Assembly: GCA_023460575.1 (NCBI GenBank)
Contig: JAEWPQ010000101.1
Location: 11 to 64,010, forward strand
Source of the DNA: Bacillota bacterium
GTDB lineage: Bacteria > Bacillota > Clostridia > Lachnospirales > Lachnospiraceae
DNA: 64,000 nt
Direction: 5' to 3'
Shown here: positions 40,889-50,800 of the stretch, piece by piece
Layout: each line of letters opens with the position of its first letter
Position numbering within the stretch: position 1 is the first letter of the stretch
The notes under the pieces: model-generated
The model's input: only the letters and a program-made list of their open reading frames with translations
Told to the model about the DNA's origin: nothing
Database searches by the model: none
Program-made: the position numbers and the translations under genes

Positions 40889-41749
40889 TTGTGCGACTAA
40901 TAGATCCAATTGCTCCAGTATTTTCAAATGTGCATGACCACTTTCTTTTGTGTAAATACGGGTAGTATTCACATCACTGTGTCCCAATATATCTGCAAGC
41001 CTCGATAAATCCTTCTCCATCATATAAAAGGTTCTGGCAAACAAATGACGAAGGTTATGAGGATATATCTTTTCTTCCGCAACTCCGGCCAGGCTTCCCA
41101 ATGCTTTCATTTCCCTCCAGATATTGCTTCTATCAATGGCTTTTCCGTTACGGGTAATAAATATCATACCGGATATAATATGCCGCTTCTTTGCATACTC
41201 TGTCAATACTTCGCATAATTTGCGGGTCAGAATGACGGTTCGGATCCTTCCTTTGCATTCAACCTCTGCTACACCGCTCCTCACTGCTTCAATTGTAATA
41301 AAGGGAAGTTCGGAAACACGGATTCCACTGGAACAGATCGTCTGCAGGATCATGGCCAGACGTTCATTTTTGTTTTCCTGAGCTGCTTTGACCAGCCTTT
41401 TGTATTCTACTTTATTCAGCTCTTTAAGCTCTGTACAGAACACACTGCTGCTGATTTTGAAAAATTTTACCCTGCAGTCCGGCCAGCCGCTGTATTTAAA
41501 AAATCCATTGACTGCAGCCAGTGCTCCGTTGGCAGTTACGGGAGAAAACCTTTTTCGCAGCTGGGCTTTCCATATGATTACCAGCTCTTTGTTTATGCTC
41601 CTTCCTTCCAAAAAGTATGAAAATTGTTCCAGATAATACCGGTATTTTTGTATGGTCACCTGGCTCTTTTCCTGGCAGTACAGCCATTTGCAGTATTCTT
41701 CTATTACGCCTGCTGTTATAATTCTTGCTTCTCTCTGATTCTTTTTCAT
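40862..41749 (-). CDS. Tyrosine recombinase (putative invertase)
   Basis: SGIRVSE, KG, HNLRH, LGH...TT.IY catalytic residues; last codons lie in the right IR. Confidence 0.93.
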   Translation of the reverse strand: MKKNQREARIITAGVIEEYCKWLYCQEKSQVTIQKYRYYLEQFSYFLEGRSINKELVIIWKAQLRKRFSPVTANGALAAVNGFFKYSGWPDCRVKFFKISSSVFCTELKELNKVEYKRLVKAAQENKNERLAMILQTICSSGIRVSELPFITIEAVRSGVAEVECKGRIRTVILTRKLCEVLTEYAKKRHIISGMIFITRNGKAIDRSNIWREMKALGSLAGVAEEKIYPHNLRHLFARTFYMMEKDLSRLADILGHSDVNTTRIYTKESGHAHLKILEQLDLLVAQYNGIPLLL

Positions 41750-42181
41750 AATTCCCTCCATTATCTGCTATTGATATAAATCTTATTTGAAAGTGTTTTA
41801 TGTGCTTCAGTATCTGAAGATTATATCACTTATATTCAATATCGAATGATTTTTGTGATTCAGATAGCAGATATTGGGATTTTGTAAAAAATATGTTTTC
41901 AGAAAGGGAGGGAATTTATGCATTTTTACAGCTTATTTCAAAATATATCATGTGTGATATTTAAAAGTGATTGTGTAGCAAGTTCCTGCCCGCTAGTGTT
42001 CCATTTTTAATAAGAAAAGCAGCTTCCAAAACTCTATCACACCACTCACTTGAGCAATCTTTTCAAAGGCAGAACCTGCGGGGATTGTTCCTTATTTTCA
42101 CCCTTATCTGGAAAAAGGGCGCGCCAGGATTTCTCCGGACACCCCCTGCTCTCCTGCTCCGACATGGAACCATCAGGATTT

Positions 42182-42661
42182 TTATGAATCTCTTGAATGA
42201 AATAGTTCGTAAATTTCCTTATTTTGAAAATCCCACGGTCCAATAATCATTTCCTGTGCAACCAGATACATTCCTGAAATCCACATCTCATCTCTCTTAG
42301 AATATGCCTCCAGCAAATATTTCTCCATTATGGATACAACATCTCTTTTATCAAAGGACATTAAGGCATGAACCGCATCCTGATATACCGGCCAATTCAC
42401 ATCTTTCAGCAATCCAAAAAGCCAAGGCAGACCTTTTAACTTTTGCGGATATTTCATTTTTTTAATAATAAGTATCGGATTTAGCCAACAGAATTTGGTG
42501 GAAAATTTAGTACAGGAAAAATACTCAAGTATATCTATATTTTCATCTGAAAAGCTTTCCGCTAGCTGACACAATTTATCTGGATTTATGGATTCATTAT
42601 TATATATGTCATATTCGTGTAATTTTAACAATTCATCAACTTCCGTATACATCTCATTCAC
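42182..42661 (-). CDS. Putative immunity protein (DUF5071-like)
   Basis: LPWL..LLKDVNWPV motif; AT-rich, in toxin-immunity array. Confidence 0.55.
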   Translation of the reverse strand: MNEMYTEVDELLKLHEYDIYNNESINPDKLCQLAESFSDENIDILEYFSCTKFSTKFCWLNPILIIKKMKYPQKLKGLPWLFGLLKDVNWPVYQDAVHALMSFDKRDVVSIMEKYLLEAYSKRDEMWISGMYLVAQEMIIGPWDFQNKEIYELFHSRDS

Positions 42662-42760
42662 CCTTACGTAATATATTCAAAACTTCCCGCCTGGAGAGTA
42701 TTCATAATTCATAGCCAAAAGCCTATTTGATAAATTATAATGAATAATTCGGGATTAAAT

Positions 42761-43051
42761 TCATTCAAATCGTATGTCTTTATATGCCCCTGTTTCCTCC
42801 CATGTTATAAAATCGCTTCCATTTACAACATAAATATTAAGATTACGCGGAGATATTTTACTGTATATAATATTCATAACATGAAAATTATCCTTATCAT
42901 TGGCTAATCTAAATGTACATTTACTTATTTCATATGGGTACGTCATCAAGATAAACTCCTTATCCCAATCTACTTCATATGTTAAATCAAAAATATTATA
43001 CTTATTTTAATATGATGATAATTCTGTTGAATCTTTAATCATAATTTCCAT
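42761..43051 (-). pseudogene. AT-rich hypothetical gene interrupted by in-frame TAA
   Basis: MEIMIKDSTELSSY*NKYNIFDL...MTYPYE stays in one frame across the stop at 43007-43009. Confidence 0.4.
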
Positions 43052-43108
43052 ATATTCACCACTGTACTCCTCTTTTTTAATTTCTTTTGATTTTATATTC
43101 ACTATTAG

Positions 43109-43609
43109 ATATGCCATGGATATCTGCTCATGGAGTCCGTTCTTAAAACGGATACCATCTTTCACCAGTAAATCTCTCCGATTCACCAGCTGTGCCAGCG
43201 TCCATTCATTATCTTTGGGTTTTGCATCTGGCAAGGTATGTAACTGGTTAATCAGAACCGTTGCCACACAATACGCATCATACTCATCATTTTTTTGGAG
43301 CATGGGTGCGCTTTTTCTCTGGTCATAAGCCAGAGCTGGATTAATATCTTTTACTGTGTAATCATTTTCAATCAGCCAGACAGCTAAACTTCTGCCGTAG
43401 CCGTATGCATTCTCCAATCCGTAAATGGGTTCAAGCCCAAGATGATTGGATTTTCTGTTTACCTTTTCTGCCAGCTTTTTAAATTCACTGGGCTTGTTTT
43501 CAATAACAACAACTTCTAACTTCTCATTCCAGCAGTTCACCATCACTGCGGTATGTGTTTCCTTATGCAGGTCAATCCCCACATAAAGCAGATTTTCTCT
43601 TCTCTGCAA
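43109..43609 (-). pseudogene. Truncated IS110-family transposase (N-terminal RuvC-like DEDD part only)
   Basis: Near-identical to the 62525-63751 protein up to ...EQISMAY, then unrelated AT-rich sequence. Confidence 0.9.
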
Positions 43610-43614
43610 TTCTC

Positions 43615-43764
43615 TCCCTCCTGATCTTGTTTCCAACCGATCAGTTCCTGTACCGGCAACCTCAGATGACAGCGTTAACTCTTGATGAGTCCGCAAGGGG
43701 ACGACAGCCTATCTACAACAAACCAATGGGTGAAAGGACAAGTTATTTCTTTTATTGGTTGTTG
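43615..43764 (-). ncRNA. Candidate IS110 bridge RNA, copy A
   Basis: Non-coding, stem-rich, between promoter (TTGCAA 43788-93 / TAACAT 43765-70) and transposase RBS; conserved in copy C; has segments matching the element junction. Confidence 0.55.
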
Positions 43765-43794
43765 ATGTTAACTCTCTATCGAATGGATTGCAAG

Positions 43795-44384
43795 TCATTT
43801 CTGGATTTATTTTCAGGAGAAAAAACGGCAGAAAAAAGAACAGAAATGGGAGTTACAGAAATGGGAGTTTTACCCCCTGTAACCCCCGACAGCCCCATTT
43901 TACCATAGAACCAGATTCCTGTAAATCCTATGGTTCACCATGAACCATGGGGGTAAGTAGTTATCTTTAAACCAATGAAAAGGCAGAATGGAGGTCCCAT
44001 TCCCAGTTAGCCCTGTATCGCAAAATATCGCCCCTGTATGGCCTTTGAAACCGCTACTAGAACATGTACCATTCAGGCAATATAAAAGCCTTCTTGGGCA
44101 AATATGAAAAAGAAAATATTTTTCCTTTTTCCTGATAAATGTTTGAATTGCTGTTGCCACCTGTTCTTCTTTCTGTTACTTTAGAAAAAGTCGCATCTAT
44201 GGCTGTTTTTTTAATGGCTTCAAGTCGCATACTTGCTGCTATTTAAAAATCTGGTTGAGGAATATTTCCGCTCATTTCCTGCACTAAAACTGGGGTGAAC
44301 CATGGGGTCGAAAATGATACAGGTTAAAGAGCCGGGGTCAAAAACTCCCCCGGCTCGATTCACATCAGCCCGCAGTGCGGACCG
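43795..44384. repeat. Long non-coding repeat, copy A
   Basis: Aligns by eye with 58938-59218 + 59670-59919 and with 63936-64000. Confidence 0.8.
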
Positions 44385-44852
44385 TTAAAAAAATATTTGT
44401 CCACATGTAATTCTACCTTCGTGATGAAATTCTATTATTTCTTTATAGTCTGTTGAAAATAACCAAGTGTCAGCTTCAACTGCTTTAATATCATCTAAAT
44501 TATTAATTATAGAATTTAAGCCGCACCTTATTATTGGCAAACCTTTTCCCCAAATAATATAATAGTTTTCTTTAGAACAAATCTCTTTTAATTGTGACTC
44601 AAATTGGATATGTTTTATATCTTTTATTTTTCCTCTTTCCCCCCAATCAATACCCCATGGAGTAAAAATCAACGTTTCTTTAAAGTCATTATACACTGAT
44701 AACTCTTCTTCATTATCCAATATGAATCCATCATTATGTAGTGCTTCCAAGCACTCTTTCAATAGAATATTATTTTCCCTTTCCTCATTCTTATTTTTCA
44801 CTTTATTAATGTTTTTTAACTCTTCAAGCTTTTTTTTAAGCTCATCATTCAT
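44385..44852 (-). CDS. Cognate immunity protein of the Rhs toxin (CdiI-like)
   Basis: Directly downstream of toxin, AT-rich, W.IDW...YIIW...LP...DTW...EF.H pattern. Confidence 0.75.
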   Translation of the reverse strand: MNDELKKKLEELKNINKVKNKNEERENNILLKECLEALHNDGFILDNEEELSVYNDFKETLIFTPWGIDWGERGKIKDIKHIQFESQLKEICSKENYYIIWGKGLPIIRCGLNSIINNLDDIKAVEADTWLFSTDYKEIIEFHHEGRITCGQIFF

Positions 44853-44870
44853 TTTGCAAATTCTCCTCTA

Positions 44871-47800
44871 TTAACGATTATACAAATCTATTATAGATTT
44901 ATACTGCTCATAATTAATATCAATAGGTATAGCTATTTTTACAGCCTTGCTACCCTTACCTTTTGAAAAGTCTTCAAAATTGTAATGTACGCCCTTATCT
45001 GGATCATAATCAAGTCTCCACCTCGTTTTTCCGTCCAATGATTGTCTACCAATCTTTTGTTCATATCCATAACTTGACTCCAACCTGCCTGTGTATGGTT
45101 GTGAACCATTAGTAAAAGCACCTGATTTGTCAACTTCATTCATTAGCGTATTTCTTGCACTTTCATGAGATTTTTCAGTAGGATAAGTAATTTCATTTCC
45201 GCCCGAACCCTTAGTATTATCATCAACTGCATCTGTACCGTTTTTACACTCCTGCTGATATCCGCTAGGATCATAATACATCACCGGATTGTTTGCGCAA
45301 TACGCATACAGATTTAGCCCATCCCCCCGGTACACATCCTCCTGCAGGAATCTTCCCACCACCGGATTATAAAACCTGGCTCTGAGATAATACTGTGCTG
45401 TCTCCTGATCATACTGCTGGCCTGTATACAATATCCGGTTTTGAATTTCCTCCGACTGTCTGCGGATAGCTCCAAAGGCATCATACTCATAGAAGTTCTC
45501 AACATTTCTCTGGCTGCCTGTTATATAAGCAGTATTATTTCTCTCATCCAGATGATACGCATGGTATCCAACCTGTCCTACCACTTCACTGGCTGCCACT
45601 CCATAGCCTGGAATATGCCTGCTTATAGCATTCCAGTCCTCATCTGCTTCTGCCTGCATCTCTCCATTATAGAAGATGAAACGGGATACCTTACCATTTA
45701 CAGACTTTCCAGCTCTTAACTGCTCCCCGTCGTAGAAGTTCTCCAGCTTTAATTTATCTGATACTACTGCAGTCCGCTGACCAAACGGATTATAATGGTA
45801 CCTCCTCTCCTCACCATCTCCGGCTTCTTCCAGGATATTTCCCTGGTCATCATACCGGTATGTATAGTTTCGTCCAGACGCATTCCTCTCTATCAGCTGG
45901 TTTCTTCTATTATAGCAGTACGTCTCTTTCCCTGCAACGGAAGTCTTCTCCAACCGGTTTCCACAGCGGTCATATACATAATGAGCTGCATCTGCGTCTC
46001 CATCATATATCTCATCAGTCAGACGATTCATGGAATCGTAGCGGTAATAGACAGCGTTCTTTTGTGCGCCTCTCTCCTCCAGCATAACACAGACACCCTC
46101 TTTGGCTGTCCGGTTTCCATTGAGATCATACTCATATCTGTAATCAAACAAAGGACTGCTTTCTGATAAAAATGTTGCAAGACGGCTGATGTTTCCATCT
46201 GTATCGTATTCATAAAGCGTTTTTATTCCGCTTAAATGGGTGATTGTCTCAAGTCTTCCGTCTTTCCGGTGACTATATCGGACGATTTCTCTTCCTTCAT
46301 CGTCTTTGATACTGGTAAGCTTTCCTCTCCAGTCATATCCGTAATGCAGCCTTTTTCCGGTCACATCGGTCATGGTCTTTAAGCTTCCATCTTCGTCGTA
46401 AGTACAGGATATTAAGGTTTTTCCGCAGGAATCCTTTTTTACGAGCTTTCCGTCAGGGCGATACTCATAGGTATAACAGAAACCGTCAGCGATTGCCTTT
46501 TTTCTCAATCCAAAGGAATCGTATTCCCAGCTTCTGGTTATCGGATTCTTTCCATCCCGGTCACAGCCTGTTTCCATCACCGGATTTCCATCTACATTAT
46601 AGATTGTCCTCACCTGGTTTTGGTTCCTGTCTATATGCAGTATCTGACGCCCTTCTCTGTCATACCGGAATATCTCACTGCGTCCATCCTGATCAATAAT
46701 CTCGCAGACCTTTCCCTGGCTGTTGTACCGATAGGTAATGACACCTCCGTTTGGATCCGTGGTGCTGGTGACATTTCCCATGCTGTCATAGGTGTAACTT
46801 TCAATTCCGCCGTCTGCATTGCTGATCCTGCGGATTCTTCCCCAGTTGTCCGTATCGTATTTTGTCCGGTTCCCATTTCCATCTGCAACTCCCGTAATCC
46901 GCCCATTTGCATCATACGTATACATCTGGGATGGCTTTCCTGCCTCCCTGCTCCTTAATGTTTCCAGACTGGTTATCCGCCCATGAAACCCATAGGTATA
47001 CATGCACTCATTTCCAGCCGCCGTTCTTTTTACCTCCAGATTTCCGTCCGGCAGGTACTTGTTTTCTTCCAGAATGGTTCCTGCTCCATCTGTGTGCGAG
47101 AGAATATTGCCGTAAGAGTCATAGGCATAGGATAAGTCATTTTTATACTCTTTTTCATGCTCCACATCCCCATTTGGCAAAATTTCTTTTTCCAGACGGT
47201 CATTCTTGTCGTATTCATATCTAAATACTGGCCCCAGACAATCTTTAACATCTGTAATCCGGTTCTTTAAATCATAATCATAAGAAAGTTCCCACAATTC
47301 ACCGGCTTTTCCCTGACGCGCAATTCTTGTTATATTTCCCGCCCGGTCATAGGTTATGGAAACTGTCCGGTCAATTCCGTTTTGCTTATCGAGTGTTCGT
47401 TCCGCAATCAGGCGGTCACAGGTATCATATTCCCGGATGAACTCATAACCCTCTGGTGTTTGTATTCTGGTCCTGTTTCCATTTTCATCATAATTATAAC
47501 TGGTAATCGCATACTTTGACTCACCTTTGACCGGAATCAGTCCGCTGTTCAGCTGTTCTTTTATCTCCGAAAGTCTGCCTGCTTTATCATAATTATAGCG
47601 AATGATCTGATGTACATCTTTTGAGACTGCCTTCTCTTCATAGATCTTTTTCCCCTGCACATCATACCTGTAAATGATGTCAGCTCCATGCCCGTCTTTT
47701 ACCTTGATCAGCCGGTCTCTCTTATCATAAGTAAAGCTAAGCTTCAGACCCGGGCCATCCTCCTCAATCAGTTGTCCGTCTACACTCCAGTATCCTCCAT

Positions 47801-50800
47801 GACGCTGTTCCTCTACTTTGTTACCATTTGCATCATAGAGATAAGTAGTTCTCTGGTAAAGAATTTCGCCTTCCTTCTCTTCTACTGGCTGCATTACTTC
47901 ACATAACTGATTTCTTCTGTCATAACTATATGTGACAGTTCTGCCCATAGCATCGGTCTTTTTAATCAGATTGCCGGAAATGTCATAACTATATTCTGCC
48001 TGCAGGATGCCGTCCGGACCGGTTACTGTCTCCAGCCGTCCTTCCACTCCATAAGTATACATCCAGCCTGCTCCATCATCGGCCTGTGCATCATAATCCT
48101 CTGGCATGACGTGCTTAATCCTGTTTCCTGCTGCATCATAGAACAGTCTTTCACAGCCTCCGTCCGGATAGTGTATCCGAATCTGGTTTCCGTCACTGTC
48201 ATAATCAAAGGAAACACCGGCTCCGTCATCGGTACTCGTATCGTAAGCATTGGGATGAACTTCCTTTAATACTTTTCCTTCCCCATCAAGAATCTGCCTG
48301 CTGTGGCTTCCATCTGGAGAAATGCGGTCTGTCAGCCGGTCAAGGAAATCATACTTGTATGTATACTCGCCTTTTCTCTCTTTCCAGGCTTTTGGAGGAT
48401 ACATGGCCATCAGTCTTCCCATTCCATCATAGAGATAACGGGCTTCATTTCCTTCCCCATCTTTTATCATAGTCCTGAAATTATTTGCATTATAGCCATA
48501 TTCTTTTCTGCTGCATTCACTTTCTTCCGACATCAGACGTCCCATGCAGTCATATTCGAACCGGACCTCTTCTCCGTCAGGATAAGTGATTACATCCGGT
48601 TTCCCGGAATTTTCCTGATAATGATATACTGTAGTATTACCAATCGGATCTGTCTCTTCTAAAAGCCTGCCTTTCCGGTCATAGTAATAGCTGTGAGTAA
48701 ACCAGATTCCCTCTTCTGCCTCTTCCTTTTTTTCAATCAGATTGTGATTTTCATCATACACATAGCAAAATTTTCTGCCTGTATTGTCTGTTTTCTCCTC
48801 CAGATCATCGCTCTGATTATAGTGATAAACCGCTGCAAAACCGCCTGCCAGTTTTTCTTCTGCCAGCCTTCCCTTTGAATCATAGCTCCATTCTTTTCTG
48901 CAGCCTGATCTGTCCGTAATACTGGAGCGGTATCCCTGTTTATCATATTCATAGAATACACCGGTTCCATCCTCATAATGTACGGCCAATATCTCCATGT
49001 TTCTTCCATACTTATAAAGAACCGTTTTATTATCAACACTGCTGAATGCCCTGACACTCCGTTCCTCATCCAGATATTCTAACCGGTAAACATCTCCATT
49101 TGCCAGTGTCTGAAGTACTACCCGTCCGCTTCTGTCATACTGATTTTCCAGATATGTCACTTTTGTCTGGTCAACGGCTTTGGTCAGAGATCCATTTTCA
49201 TCATACTCGTAGTGAGTAATTCCCTGATCCATGTGGACAATATCAGTTAAAAGTCCTCTCTCATATCTGTACTGCATGGTTCTTCCCATGTTATCAGATA
49301 TCTGAATTAAATGTCCGTCTTTCATGATAAGACTTAAATGGTATCCCAGTGAAGTGGTAATTCCTTCAAGAATATCTCCCCTGTATGTGAAGCTTATGGT
49401 TTGTCCATTCTGGTCTCTGACTGACAGCAAAAATCCCTGGGCACTGTATATATAGGTACGGTGTTCTTTTCTGTCAACTAAACTCCAGCCATCATTTTCT
49501 TTAACCAGATCAAACCAGCCGCACCCATAAGAGATATTCTCAGCCATTTCTCCAGCCCACTCAAAGGTCAGATGATGACCGGTATCCAAAACAACATGAC
49601 GTTTGGATCCATCCTGATAAAGTCTTCCCTCATAAGGAAATCTCCATCCAAATCCCATAATTCCAGGCTCCTTATTCGTAGAATAATATCTCCTGGTTAT
49701 TTTTATGGATTCCCGTATATCAGGCAGAATAAAGTCGGTTGCCATAATTAAAAATGCTCCAGATACCGCATCTATTGGCTCCCCTAACAGCTGAGACAAA
49801 CCGCTGGTAACAAAATTCTCCTGCAGGGACCTCAATACATCCACGTTTCTGTCTGGGAGCATTGCATCACGGGTAACATCCATTACCGTACCCGAAAACG
49901 TTCCCACTCCTGCTCCCACCAGTTTATTAACCAGCCTGGAATCGGTTTTTAATGCTCCCTGCACCTTTCCAATCAGCTTTGTCTGGGCAACTCCCTTAAA
50001 CATACCGAACATAAAATTGCCAGCTGAATTCTTTATACTAACTTTTCCTGTTGTTTCATATTCCTGTATCATGCCAAAGAACAGGGATCCGGCTCCCTGG
50101 ACAAACGTATTGGTGACCTGGGATTTTGAACACAGGATTTTGCTTAGCTTCCCTGCAGACGCTGCATTTTTTAGCGCCTTTCCAGTAACTACATCAAATA
50201 CTACATCTGTAATTCCGGATGCAAGATTATACGCTGCCTCGTTACCTTGAAATACAGTATCCCTTATAAAATTTGCCGGCCGCGAGGCATCAAGTGCGTT
50301 TACTTTGCTGTAACCATCAAGTCCTTCCGCTATATCAGCAACTGCAAAAGCGGTCTTTGCACCAGCCACAGCAATTAACAGCGGACCTGCAGCTCCTCCT
50401 GTGGCAACGGTCAGTGCGACTGCACCTACCACAGTAGCAATGCTCAGTATTCCATTTAGAACCTTCTGTTTACTTTCCTGCTTTCTGGCAGCAAGAGTGG
50501 ATGCCAGCTGAGTATTATTTTCTTCGCGGGCTTCACTGTCCCCGCTTGTCAGATCTGCTTCAAGTTCTCCGGCAGACGGTGAAGCCGCCGAATGTGTTTC
50601 TGCTTTGTGGGTAACAAGAGCTGATTTGATATCCACTTTATCCTCCAGAGTAATGATATCATCTCCACTGTCACCGATCTGCAGCACCACTTTATTCTCA
50701 CCGGAAATCATCAGCTTCTGAACCGGAGTTTCTCCTCCAGCCATTAAGCCTTTCTGAGTTTTTATATTGATGTTTTTCCCTGTGAGAGATACAAATCCGG

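Noticed and set aside
40862..41749. Recombinase as a prophage/island integrase
   Set aside because: Short (no arm-binding domain), no direct att repeats seen, and it overlaps an inverted-repeat site typical of invertases
41971..42246. Higher-GC patch with short ORFs at the Tad/toxin-region border
   Set aside because: Possibly a mobile-element remnant, but no assignable motif
43007..43696. 229-aa ORF as an intact protein
   Set aside because: Chimeric read-through: non-coding leader + truncated IS110 N-terminus + unrelated AT-rich tail
43555..44160. ORFs 43555-43908, 43755-43943, 43900-44160 and 58822-59055
   Set aside because: They lie in the non-coding repeat and reading frames are not conserved between copies
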